From Eledone cirrhosa (lineage: Eukaryota), in contig OZ024741.1 of assembly GCA_964016885.1 (NCBI GenBank), positions 15,004,001 through 15,068,000 of the forward strand: a stretch of DNA of 64,000 nt, in the 5' to 3' direction. The position numbers and the translations under genes were made by a program. A model generated the notes under the pieces. It did no database searches and had not been told where the DNA came from. It saw nothing but the letters and a program-made list of their open reading frames with translations. This document shows positions 1 to 16,387 of the stretch, one piece after another; positions within the stretch are counted from its first letter, which is position 1; each line of letters opens with the position of its first letter.

Positions 1-21
1 ACACATATATATATATATATA

Positions 22-99
22 TTATCCACTCTACTATCCTAAGTATTGAGTACTCTGGTGCGCTATGGTCCTTCTGGTTCCTTACCACACTCCCTTCGT

Positions 100-100
<1 letters not shown>
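22..100 (+). mobile_element. (TA)n-anchored element family A, 3' fragment
   Basis: CCTAAGTATTGAGTACTCTGGTGCG.TATGGTCC.TCTGGTTCCTTACCAC is shared with four other copies; flanked by (TA)n. Confidence 0.75.
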
Positions 101-130
<30 letters not shown>

Positions 131-139
131 GTAAAATGG

Positions 140-534
<395 letters not shown>

Positions 535-737
535 TAGAAAGTGAGTTTTTTTTTACAAAATGAAAAATAACCGAGGTGTCCTACACGAGTGAAAGTATAA
601 AGAAAAAGAGATGAAATCGAAAATGCAACTGAAGTCTTATTTTTTTTTTTTTTTTTTTTTAAATATATATATTTAAAAAAAAAAAAAAAAAAAAAAATAA
701 GACTTCAGTTGCATTTTCGATTTCATCTCTTTTTCTT

Positions 738-741
<4 letters not shown>
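535..741. mobile_element. Family C (TA)n-anchored element with partial fold-back
   Basis: AGAAAGTGAG...CCGAGGTGTCCTACACGAGTG...AATGCAACTGAAGTCTT, followed by an inverted copy of its 3' part; other copies at 8770-8985 and 10436-10537 (reverse). Confidence 0.75.
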
Positions 742-822
<81 letters not shown>

Positions 823-952
823 CTGTATGTGTGTGTGTGTCTATGTCTGCGTCTGTGTGTATAAATGTATATATATTTTTGAATAATGTTTCTTTTCAAA
901 TTATTATTTTTCATTTGACTTTAAACTAGTTGTTGTCATGGTAGAGGACGTC

Positions 953-1091
<139 letters not shown>

Positions 1092-1097
1092 AATAGT

Positions 1098-1240
1098 AAT
1101 AATAATAAATGTGAAGACTAAAATCCAAAGAGGGCTCGATAGGGATAAATATATATGAAATATTTTCAGAAGATCCCGTTAAGGGTGAAAGCAGCGATTC
1201 TTTGCTTAAACTTTAATCTGTTATTTTAATAAATAAATAA
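1098..1240 (+). mobile_element. Family D (TA)n-associated element
   Basis: GAAGATCCCGTTAAGGGTGAAAGCAGCGATTCTTTGCTTAAACTTTAATCTGTTATTTTAATAAATA recurs at ~3210-3295, 9540-9712, 11860-11930 (reverse), 12350-12490 and 25645-25831. Confidence 0.75.
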
Positions 1241-1319
<79 letters not shown>

Positions 1320-2291
1320 TGAGTGTGTGTGTGTGTATGTGTATAATGTTGTTAGAGTGTGTGTATGTGTATAATGTTGTTACAGGTGTAGGTACCAAAT
1401 CAATCACTCTATGCGCAGGCAGAGTGTATATAATGTAAAAAATAGATCGATGTTTTGTTTACATATAAAAAATATTTACTGTATACCGACCTGGTACGCG
1501 CGTTTCGCAGAGGATTGGCTCAAGTTAACCTATAGGAGTTATGGACCCGTGTCCTGTATCGAGTTATTCATCAGACTGGTGATGTGACAAAATATCTTTT
1601 GTCGCAAATACATTGTGTCAATAAATATTTTTTATATATAAACGAAACCTCCTCCTTTTATTCTATTATATATATATATACGTGTGTGTGTGTCAACATA
1701 TATACATAAATAAATGTATGTATGTGCGTATGTATGTATATATATATATATATATATGTATGTATAATTTTCTTATATCAAATATTACCTACATTTTAAA
1801 TAGAATATATGTATATAATTTTCTAAATAGAATATATGTATATGGCAAATTTAATGCATTAAATTTCTCATTCACACACACATGCACACACACGCACACA
1901 CACACGCGCGCACACGCGCACACATACGCACGCACACACACATGCACACACACGCGCACACACACGCACGCACACACACATACGCACACACGCGCACACA
2001 CACACACAAATATATATGGAATTACGGATGTATGTCTATATGTACGTATTAATTTCTTTTTACCGTAAAGCAACTCTTGTGCGGTTTATACATTTTCTGG
2101 TAAACCAGATAAACATAAACGCATATATCGACTCACAGACACACGCACACACAGACTCACACACACACATATATATATGTATATATATGTGTGCGTGTGT
2201 CTGTGTGTCTGTGTGTTTATATATATATATATACAGATACATAGGTAAACACACACAAATATACACATAAACACACATACACACACACACA

Positions 2292-2352
<61 letters not shown>

Positions 2353-2354
<2 letters not shown>

Positions 2355-2546
2355 CGAAGTAAATGTGGTAAGGAACCAGATGGACCATAACGCACCAGAG
2401 TACTCAATACTTAGGGTAGTAGAGTGGATAATAGGAAAATGTTTAACCCCGACGGCAGAGCTCAAGCCGTGTCGACGGCTATTTCTGGACTGAAATAGCC
2501 GTCGAAACGGCTTGAGCTCTGCCGTCGGGGTTAAACATTTTCCTAT
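2353..2546 (-). mobile_element. Family A element with terminal fold-back (2431-2546)
   Basis: Reverse copy of family A plus an inverted repeat ATAGGAAAATGTTTAACCCCGACGGCAGAGCTCAAGCCG.../...CGGCTTGAGCTCTGCCGTCGGGGTTAAACATTTTCCTAT. Confidence 0.8.
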
Positions 2547-2911
2547 ATATATATAGATATATATGCATACAGACACATTCATTATTTTCATTGAATATCT
2601 GGAAGTCAAAAGTATGTTAGATTTTCCTATTAACTTTCTACAGAGGTTTCACAAAAAATACCTCGAACTATTTTGTAAATTGAAATATATTTTATATATA
2701 TTTACAGGAAGTTGAAAGATGGTGCAGTATCGGAATAAAGTTACACTTTTTATCATCATGTAGTCATTGGTTTATCCGTTCAAGAACGTAATATATATAT
2801 ATAAATATATATACAAACATATACTGTTAATGCCATTTCATGTACTACAGATGGAAATACTAAATACAGTTTTTTCATTTTTTTTTCTTCTTCTGTATTA
2901 TGCATTTATTC

Positions 2912-3400
2912 TGTGCCTTTCATCCTTACGGCGTCGATAAAATAAAGTACCAGTAATGTACTGGATAATTGCTGGCCTTGTGCCAAAAGTAGAACCAATT
3001 ATTAGCTGCGACATATATTATGTCTATGTCATTTAATAATTGAAAATTTTGTCGGCATTAATAATTCGATGGACCGAGACTAACTAATAGGATATGTTAC
3101 AATAGTTGCATCTCTCATCAGAATACTAACACTAAAATAAGATATACAACTAAAGTGAATAAAGCGCGAAAAGCAGGGCGTAGTGTTGTTATATATATAT
3201 ATATATACGTAATAATAATAAATGTGAAGATCCCGTTAAGGGTGAAAGCAGCGATTCTTTGCTTAAACTTTAATCTGTTATTTTAATAAATAAATAATTG
3301 TTTCTACTATTGGCACAAGGCCAGAAAATTACCCAGTACATTACTGGTACTTTATTTTATCGACCCCGTAAGGATGAAAGGCAAAGTTAACCTCGGCGGG
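2912..3400. mobile_element. SINE 3' fragments (2915-3000 +; 3295-3400 -); further fragments at 19178-19285, 19860-19935, 20190-20290, 21280-21415, 22880-22960, 25305-25382 and 31745-31880
   Basis: Recurrent GTCGATAAAATAAAGTACCAGTAAT...GGCCTTGTGCC motif. Confidence 0.75.
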
Positions 3401-3516
3401 AATGTGAAACAATTGTTCTCGGTATGGTGAACTAACTGTTGTGTTACCACTTCTACCTAACTTGTCCCATGGACTGAGTGCTCTACCACTACGGGTATTA
3501 CCTTCCAGTGTTCTAC

Positions 3517-3662
<146 letters not shown>

Positions 3663-3748
3663 CTTTCAACCGTGAACCCAATACTAACACTTTGTACTGC
3701 ACTCTTCCTTATTGTTTTGTTTTAACTTATACACACACACACACACAC

Positions 3749-3825
<77 letters not shown>

Positions 3826-4272
3826 TGTGTGTGCGTGTGTGTGTTTGTGGGTGGGAAATGCAAATTGAAAGAGCACAGTACAATGGAGAAATGTATTAAT
3901 TTAACGCTTGATGTAGTAGGAGAAGACATTTCTATGTGTAATACATATAATTATATATATATATAAATTTACATGTGTGTGTGTGTGTGTGTGCGTGTGT
4001 GTATGTGTATGTTTACACATATATATGTATATATATATATATATATATACATAACACGTATATTTACGCATTTAAATATTTATTTCTTCTTGCATTTTCT
4101 CACACTCACCCCCTCCTTAAACCCATATCTCGCTCAACATCCTCTTCTTCATCATATTTAAGTTTATCATGTAATTATTTGTGATATATAAATATTGAGT
4201 TTTGTTGTAATAAATCACTGCCAAGACTGGAATTGAACCATCAAGACAGTTGAGGTATGTCATACATCAATT

Positions 4273-4344
4273 CATGTATTTTATCTGACGAGGACGTACT
4301 GAAAAAACAGCACAGTACCTCCGAAATATATATAATAAAATATG
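4273..4344 (+). ncRNA. Type-I hammerhead ribozyme motif (Penelope-like pLTR type)
   Basis: Stem I TATTTTAT/ATAAAATA; core CTGACGA (4285); stem II GAGG..GTACTG/CAGTAC-CTC; GAAA; self-complementary stem III TATATAT; AUA cleavage triplet ending at ~4334. Confidence 0.75.
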
Positions 4345-4508
4345 TATCTTAATTATGTGAATGACTTCATATATTAATGTTTTGAATAATATTAATAACT
4401 CCAGAAAACTTTATTTGTAGAGTGCTTTTAATCTATTGTAAAACTAGATTCAGTGAGTAATCAATGAACCTTATTAATCTTTGGTCATATATATACACAC
4501 ACGTATGT

Positions 4509-4539
<31 letters not shown>

Positions 4540-4542
4540 CAC

Positions 4543-4596
<54 letters not shown>

Positions 4597-4622
4597 GAAA
4601 TATATATATATATATATATTTC

Positions 4623-4735
<113 letters not shown>

Positions 4736-4884
4736 AATATATATATATATTTCATATAGAAAAGACTGATTGATTCGGATAATATTATCAAATTTTCGCT
4801 ATAAACCCTCTCAACCCTACTTAAGTAGCACTTTTAATAGCGACTTCATTCCGTAGACTCTTTTTGGAAAAGAATTCCTAATCA

Positions 4885-4920
<36 letters not shown>

Positions 4921-5317
4921 CATATGTATGTGTGTATGCGTGTGTGTGTCTGTGTGTACGCCTATATATCATTTGTTACGGAATTATCGGAAAGATGTAC
5001 GAATGTTACAGATATATGACTAAATTGTAAATAAATACACACTTAACATTCACCGATAACATTAAATTAGTTTTACATTGATTCGTACACATACGTGTGT
5101 GTGTATATATATATATATATATGTATAAACATATAAATATATATTTATTTATCTGTGTGCATGATGTGTTTAATTATGAATACATTTTTATATAAATGCA
5201 TATATATATATATATATGTGTGTGTGTGTAGAGAGAGAGAGTGAGATTAAAATATTGAGTGCTTCGACAGTGCTCCGACTGTAACTTTTGTTACTCACAC
5301 TAACACACACACACACA

Positions 5318-5366
<49 letters not shown>

Positions 5367-5588
5367 CTGTAATTCAATAGTAACTGCGAAAGCTTGCATG
5401 AAACTAAGTTATTATTGAATAATTGTGAGAACGTGTGATGCCGATTTATGAGATGATAGGCAGTTTATATTTCAGAGGCCTTTTATATGTTTTCTGTCTG
5501 ATAGGGTCCCGAGGTGGTCTAGTGCTTAAACACCTACATATTTCAGGGTAAATTGTCCCTTAGAAGGGGTTTAATTAGAATGGTGCAT

Positions 5589-5660
<72 letters not shown>

Positions 5661-5854
5661 ATACTTTGGGAGGGTCATGTTGCCAATAAGAAACACACGC
5701 ACCAGTGCGCGTGTTTCTTATTGGCAACATGACCCTCCCAAAGTATAACAATATCGGTTTCAACACACGATTTCAGATAAAGAATCTTGCTAAACAAATT
5801 CTTCTTTGTATTGAGTACCTTACTTACTGTGGTTACACCCGATGTGACCCGGGA

Positions 5855-5892
<38 letters not shown>

Positions 5893-6108
5893 TGGGCAGT
5901 CACAGTGAGAAAATGTACTCAGTATGTTAGTAAATGATCCTTGTCATATAGAGGTGAAGTCATTTCGGTAATATATATTTACAAACACACAGCCGTCGAG
6001 GTCCCGAATCCTTCATATTACCCACTTTACTTCCCCAAGAATACACTACTTTGATGAGTAATGGTCTAACTGTTTTTTAAGGCATCCATTCTGATATATA
6101 TATATATG

Positions 6109-6315
6109 TAGGAAAAAGTATGACCCCGACGGCAGAGCTCAAGCCGTTTCGACGGCTATTTCTGGACTATTATAGTCCAGAAATAGCCGTCGAAACGGCT
6201 TGAGCTCTGCTGTCGGGGTCATACTATACTCTTTCCTATTTCCCACTCTACTACCCTAAGTATTGAGTACCCTGGTGCGTTATGGTCCATCTGGTTCCTT
6301 ACCACAATTCCTTTG

Positions 6316-6316
<1 letters not shown>
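6109..6316 (+). mobile_element. Family A element with fold-back (6117-6225)
   Basis: Near-perfect ~109-bp palindrome followed by the family A 3' end and (TA)n. Confidence 0.8.
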
Positions 6317-6367
<51 letters not shown>

Positions 6368-6390
6368 ATATGAATATATATATATATATG

Positions 6391-6547
<157 letters not shown>

Positions 6548-6973
6548 TATATATATATGTATGTATATATATATGTATGTATGTATATATATATATATTA
6601 TGTAAGCGTCTATTTTGGTTTAATACGGTACCAATACAAAAGTGTATGATATATTCTATATGTTTATAATGTTTTTGAGATAGGAGTAAGGTGAGAAGTA
6701 TAGAGTGTGTAGCATGTGATGTTGCAGTACTTTGTAAGAAGTACGTAGATATATATAAACACACACACACATATATATATATTATAAATATCATGCACAC
6801 ATATATACATATATTTATATAAATATATTATATATATATACTTAAGTAAATATATGTACGGCAACACTCATCTTTTTCCATTTCTCTGAGGGTTATAAAC
6901 CCCACTATCAGGCTAGAAATTTCTTTAGTCTAAAGTACGGTGAAGGCTTATAATTTCTAATTTCTAATATATT

Positions 6974-7005
<32 letters not shown>

Positions 7006-7144
7006 AATATGTGTGTGTGTGTGTGCGTGTATGTGTAAGTGTGTGCACGTTTATATATGTATGATTGTGTGTGTATAACAAACATAAAATATAATATAAT
7101 ATATAATATTTGTATAATATAATATATGATATAATACAATATAT

Positions 7145-7212
<68 letters not shown>

Positions 7213-7436
7213 GAGTTATAAACTGTAATAGTATTTTACAATTAAATAGCTCAAAGAAAGGAATATTTCTGAGCCGTGTAATACAAATGAATATATGATA
7301 GGGATAAACACTTGGTCATTTGCAATACGAACACATGTATACTTGTATCAGTGGTTATCCATATCATATATTCATTTGTATATATATATATATATATTTA
7401 TATATATACATATATATATAAATATATATATATAAT

Positions 7437-7485
<49 letters not shown>

Positions 7486-7655
7486 TATACATAATTGTAG
7501 AATGCATCTCTATACTTAATATGTTTTCCTATTTTGAATTTAAGCATAGATTTTAAAAATTATTTTATGTCTACATATATCAGGCTATAAAATAATTGAA
7601 GATATCTATCGTATCATATTAATTTGGTATATATACGCATACATATAGTTATATA

Positions 7656-7760
<105 letters not shown>

Positions 7761-7769
7761 ATATATATG

Positions 7770-7846
<77 letters not shown>

Positions 7847-7863
7847 ATATATATATATATATG

Positions 7864-7990
<127 letters not shown>

Positions 7991-8013
7991 ATATACACAT
8001 ATATATGTATATA

Positions 8014-8060
<47 letters not shown>

Positions 8061-8287
8061 ATATATATATGTATATATATATATGTATATATATATGTAT
8101 ATATATATATGTATATACACATATATATGTATGTATATTCGTTTTTTCTCGGTATTATTTTCACATGAAAAATAACCCCTACCATCAAGTTTAGACTATG
8201 AACCATCAAAATGGTTTAAATAACATGTTCATTAAATAATGTACAACATAATTGTTGGACATATGTCTTATTATTTTCAGTTGTCTA

Positions 8288-8776
<489 letters not shown>

Positions 8777-8907
8777 GTGAGGTTTTTTTTACAAAATGAA
8801 AAATAACCGAGGTGTCCTACACGAGTGGAAGTATAAAGAAAAAGAGATGAAATCGAAAATGCAACAGAAGTCTTATTTTTTTTTAAAATATATATATTTA
8901 TTTGGTT

Positions 8908-8945
8908 CCTTTACCGGTTTCGCAGTTCTTCTGCTTTTCAAAAGG
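8908..8945 (-). ncRNA. Variant minimal hammerhead motif (TTGAAAA core)
   Basis: Minus strand CCTT-TTGAAAA-GCAG(AAGAA)CTGC-GAAACCGGTA-AAGG: stems I, II and palindromic III all pair, but the core deviates from CTGANGA. Confidence 0.55.
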
Positions 8946-8979
8946 TGAGTTGAGATGGAGGGTCTGTGGTTTTTCTCAC

Positions 8980-9047
<68 letters not shown>

Positions 9048-9093
9048 ATATATATATACATATATATATATATTTATATATATATATATTATA

Positions 9094-9158
<65 letters not shown>

Positions 9159-9922
9159 ATATATATATATATATATATACATATATATATAGAAAATAAA
9201 TATATATATATAATTACAATTAATTTAGACATGGTTTCTACAGGACTAGAACTGTTTAATTCTTAGGAAATCATCAGAGATACCCTAATTATTCCATGAG
9301 AATTATATAGTTCTAATCATGTAGAAACCATTTCTATATTAATTTTTGTTCTTACGATACTACTTAAGACACTATTTAATTATTTACTGTGGTTACCCCG
9401 ATTTCACTCGAGATCTACACGCACACAAACACGGTCACACACTTATGTATACATATATATATACATATATGTATATATACATATATGAATTTATATAAAA
9501 ATAAATATATTAACATATGTCTATATATATAGTAAAGTTATAATAATAAATGCGAAAACTAAAATCAAATGAGGGCTCGATAAGGATAAATATATATCAA
9601 ATATATAAGGACCCTAGAGTAAATATTTATTAAACGGGATCTTCTGAAGATCCCGTTAAGGGTGAAAGCAGCGATTCTTTGCTTAAACTTTAATCTGTTA
9701 TTTTAATAAATATATATCGTGCTATTTCCAACTTCACCTTTTCTCTATATACACTGTTTTGTATAGAACCTTACCCCCTTTTCCTAATATATATATATAT
9801 ATATACGTTGATAACTTTGATAGGTTTCGAACAGTACTGTGCCAGGCCATTTAAAAAGTTAGAAATGGCCTGGGCCAAAACTAGCCGAAACCTATCAAAT
9901 TATCAAAGTGATATATATATAT

Positions 9923-10430
<508 letters not shown>

Positions 10431-10529
10431 ATAACACTCCAGTTGCATTTTCGATTTTATCTCTTTTTCTTTATACTTCCACTCGTGTAGGACACCTCGG
10501 TTATTTTTCATTTTGTAAAAAAACCTTAC

Positions 10530-10600
<71 letters not shown>

Positions 10601-10676
10601 ACTATCCAGGAAGCTCCAACCGTTAAGGTTGTCTTTTTTTCCGGGTATGTCAATATTTATTTATAAAACAAATCTG

Positions 10677-10742
10677 TATTTTATCTGATGAAAGCGCACC
10701 ATAATTTGCTTTGGTTGCCCTTGAAATATGTATAATAAAATA
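10677..10742 (+). ncRNA. Type-I hammerhead ribozyme motif
   Basis: TATTTTAT-CTGATGA-AAG.GCACCA...TGGTTGC.CTT-GAAA-TATGTATA-ATAAAATA; same stem I as the copies at 4273 and 24393. Confidence 0.7.
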
Positions 10743-10784
10743 AATATGGTTTCATAAATATAGTTTCCATTTATTAGTATATTG

Positions 10785-10837
<53 letters not shown>

Positions 10838-11341
10838 ATATTACATATTAATTTACGTATTAACAATAAGCCGGATGTTTCCGATACAAACCTATTCACT
10901 AATCCTTTCAATAATACAACTATTTGTCACTGCAAAATAAACATCTTGTCATTCAAATGTTATATAATGTAATATATTATGTCAACATACGATGTAGAAG
11001 TTCTTGTATGCAGGAATATATCTCTGTACATAACTTTAGAATATTGTATAAAATAGCCATAGAGAGTTAAATATGTGCCATTATATAGCCAAGTGTTTAG
11101 TCTATAGAGGTAGTTTCTATATTCGTCTTCACGGCTACTTGCATACATTCCTGTTACGTTACATGTCAAATCATTACAAATAACTCCACGCTCCAATTTT
11201 ATTTATTTATATATAATATTACTTTTATATATAATATTATATTTATGTATATATTTATTTATATCATATTATATTTTACGTTCTGCTTATCTTCCTTTGC
11301 GAATACACACACACACACACATATATATATATGTGTGTGTG

Positions 11342-11442
<101 letters not shown>

Positions 11443-11528
11443 ATACATGTGTCTACATTATGTTCATATAAATATATATTGAATATATGTACATATATTT
11501 TTTCTATTGTGATCCTGTCTCTATATTG

Positions 11529-11566
11529 TACTCCTGAAGAAGGGCTTAAGCCCGAAACGTAGAAAT
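11529..11566 (+). ncRNA. Minimal hammerhead ribozyme motif (PLE type)
   Basis: CTGAAGA-A-GGGC(TTAA)GCCC-GAAACGTA; stem I weak; followed directly by (TA)n. Confidence 0.65.
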
Positions 11567-11567
11567 G

Positions 11568-11715
<148 letters not shown>

Positions 11716-11726
11716 CATATATATAT

Positions 11727-11794
<68 letters not shown>

Positions 11795-11928
11795 ATGTAT
11801 ATATATATATTTATACACATATATATATATTTGTATATATATATATATATATATTCATTTATTTATTAAAGAACGGTTTAAGCAAAGAATCACTGCTTTC
11901 ACCCTTAACAGGGTCTTCTGAACGGGAT

Positions 11929-12026
<98 letters not shown>

Positions 12027-12491
12027 TACATATATATATATATAATTCTTATCTAGCCCTCTTCGGATTTAATCTTCACATTTATTATGTCTGTGTGTGT
12101 GTGTGTGAGTGTGTTTGTGTTTGTGTGTGTGTGTGTGTTTGTGTGTGTGTGTTTTGTGTGTGTGTGTGTGTGTGTGTAATTGTGTATACATATATTGTTA
12201 TTTCAATGTTTATATTACACTCACAGTCCATAATGTACTAAATACCTTACCTTATTTAAGTTTTGTCTATTTCCCTCTCTCTGCGGAACACCACTGTATA
12301 TCTGTTTATGTGTGTACATATGTAAATATACTCTTATACACACACACACATAATAAATGTGCAGATTTAATCCGAAGAGGGCTAGATAAGGATTATATAT
12401 ATGTATATATAAGATCCCGTTCAGAAGATCATGTTGAGGGTACAAGCAGCGATTCTTTGCTTAAACTTTAATCTGTTATTTTAATAAATAT

Positions 12492-12569
<78 letters not shown>

Positions 12570-12693
12570 ATTTGTTGGAAGTCCGACAAACATAAATATT
12601 TATAACTGGTTTAGAGCACTCAACAATGTAGTCTAAATCAAATATAAAATAAATATGGTTTTATAAATATAGTTTCCATTTATTTAATATCAT

Positions 12694-12761
<68 letters not shown>

Positions 12762-12846
12762 TGCTGGTAGCTAAGATGCTTCCATAGGCGGTATGCCGGT
12801 AGAGCACTTTATGCTTACAGAGCAGAGTATGATATAATATAAAACA

Positions 12847-12928
<82 letters not shown>

Positions 12929-13261
12929 CAGCTATATATATAGTGCAATACTATGTGGAATATGCTGTTTTATCAATATTTATTGCTAAGCTTCATAATT
13001 TCTGTTTGTTTCGTCAATTTATTTCTGATCGGATTCTTATTGGACTCATATATGTCATACGTAATATATAGTAGGGGACCACATAGCCGCACACACACAC
13101 AGACGTACACACACACACACAGACGCACGCATACACAGACGCACACACACACATACTCACACACACAGAAATATAAATATATATACAGGAATAGTATGGC
13201 ACGTGGAAAATAAGTCAAGGTAAACGCTATATATATATATATATATATATACTTATATATC

Positions 13262-13316
<55 letters not shown>

Positions 13317-13404
13317 TTTATATCTGTGCGTATATTTTTATTCATACATACACCCACACTCACATTAACAACACACTTATATATATATGAATATTTTATA
13401 TTTA

Positions 13405-13470
<66 letters not shown>

Positions 13471-13827
13471 TATATATATATATATATATTTACATAAATG
13501 AATATATATATATATATAGGCGCGCGTGTGTGTCTGTGTGTGTGTGTGTGTGCGTATATATAAAGTAAGAGAGAGAGGGAGATAAATGCACACATCTCCG
13601 GATTTATTTGTGTGTTTTACGCACACATCTATATATTATCGGTATGTGAGTTTCTCTGAGCATCTATAAGTGTATATATATGTCTGTGTGCACCCGTTGT
13701 GGGTTTGTGTAGGTGAATGTATCTGTGTAATCCTGTCTATATATTCCCATACGCTTCACATTTTTTGTCCTCATCTTGTTAAAATTAAATGTGGGGTTTA
13801 GAAAATTATGAAGAGAATGACTCTTAC

Positions 13828-14293
13828 CTTGCGGTCGCCAGGAGCCGGGTAGTACCCCAGGCCAATATATTGGTTGCCTGCCGGGTAACTCAGCAAGTTT
13901 AGGGAACCTTGTCTGTGGTGTGAAATACATGCCTGTGGCTGCCGTCGTGTTCAGTCGAGGTACTCCAAAGGCTGTGTTTGTTGTCGCGTTGGTCGGTCTG
14001 CCTAAGATATCGTTTATACCGTGTGGCGTTGATTGTGACGCAAACAGTCCTTGCAATTGTTTTAGCGACGTCTGTGGGTAACCACTCTGTGCAAGCATAG
14101 TTGATGTGGGTATTTTCATTTCTGTCATATTATGTAGCGCCGCCAGGGGCGGGTTGCTGAGTACAAACGCCGTCTGCCGGTTAGTCTCCATATTGACGTT
14201 CATGTTCATATTTAAGAGGGAAGCCATAGTTGTAGGGCTCGGATTTTGCTGATACCCAGGCGAGTTCGATTCGTTAGAGCAGTAATCCAGCAT
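13828..14293 (-). CDS. Nkx6: NK6-class homeobox transcription factor (Nkx6/HGTX), N-terminal coding exon (partial gene; homeodomain exons not found in window)
   Basis: The translation contains three Nkx6-family motifs: LSNPPLAALHNMTEMK, the eh1/TN motif TPHGINDILGRP, and RFPKLAELPGRQPIYWPGVL. A canonical donor CAAG|GTAAGAG at 13828/13827 (phase 1) ends the exon, so the ORF-track tail below 13828 is intronic. A candidate acceptor at 14362/14361 would extend the exon to 14361. Confidence 0.93.
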
Positions 14294-15406
14294 ACTGTAG
14301 CCGTGGTAGTCAGCTGTGGTTGCTGGGGAAGAGTTCTCCGAAGAAGTGGCCGTGATGCTGCCTAGAGTAAAGGGGACAGACGTTTAAGGGTCTGCCTACC
14401 TCACAGAATGTAACAAAAACAAAACTTGCCAATCACTATAACACCACAGCAAGCAAGGGTTGCGCTCACTCGCTCACACATAGACACACACACACGCAAA
14501 TACACACATACACAAACACACACTATATATATATATTTTCCCCCTCACCCGATCATATTTTTACTTTTAGACTCATACATATTTACACACTCGGGCACAC
14601 ACATAATCACTTACTACTTGTTCTTAGATAGAAGGATAGAAGGATGAATGGATGAATGGGTGGATGTATATAAATCCTCTGATTTAGAATCCGTTTGAAA
14701 CTGTGTCCTACATACAATGTATGAATGTATTTGTATGTGTATATATTTAGAGATATATAGATAATATATATCAGTGTTTAGTTATGTATGTATATATTAT
14801 ATATATATACAAATGTGTTTACACACACACACACACACGTACAAACAGACACACATTCATACATACATACTTACATATACATATGTGTATATATATATAT
14901 ATTTTTTTTATAAATATATATATATATATATATATATTTATGTATATAAATATGTATGTATGTATAAATATATATTTGTGTGTCTGTCTGTCTCTCTCTT
15001 TATATATATATTTATAATATATATATATGTGTGTGTGTGTGTATGTATATATATATATATTTATAAAAATATATATATATATATGTGTATATATATGTGT
15101 ATATATATATGTTTGCTTTAGTTGTTCACCGAGAGAGGACTGTGACGCTTACTTTTCAATGTACATAAACTGAACTGACAAGCACAACACCATCTCTCTC
15201 TCCCCACTCCCTCTTTCTCATTATCTCCCCTCTCACCCTCTATATATCTCCCACTCTCCCTCTATCTCCCACTTTCTCTCTCCCTCTGTCTACCTCATTC
15301 TCTCTAGTCCTGCTGGCCACTCCAACACAGAGAGAGGGGGGAAGTAAGCCGCACAAATAGCACACACTCACACACACATACACGCACACACACACACACA
15401 CACATA

Positions 15407-15449
<43 letters not shown>

Positions 15450-15477
15450 TTTATATAAAGTACAACCCAGATATTAC

Positions 15478-16235
<758 letters not shown>

Positions 16236-16387
16236 TCCTCAACTATTACATTTACACTTCATTTTATCGATCCTTGATAGATAAATGACAAATTAGTTGT
16301 AACTAACTAAATACCGATAGATCGATTCTACTCAGTCTCTGATATTGGCTATCGATCACAGAGTGTATATTTACTATGGTATATATT

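Noticed and set aside
1485-1580. Minus-strand CTGATGA ... GAAACGCGCGTA possible hammerhead
   Set aside because: Stems I and II could not be paired convincingly; at most a rearranged relic.
13664-13827. C-terminal part of the 209-aa ORF
   Set aside because: Lies beyond a canonical GTAAGA donor and has no Nkx6 similarity; it is intron read-through.
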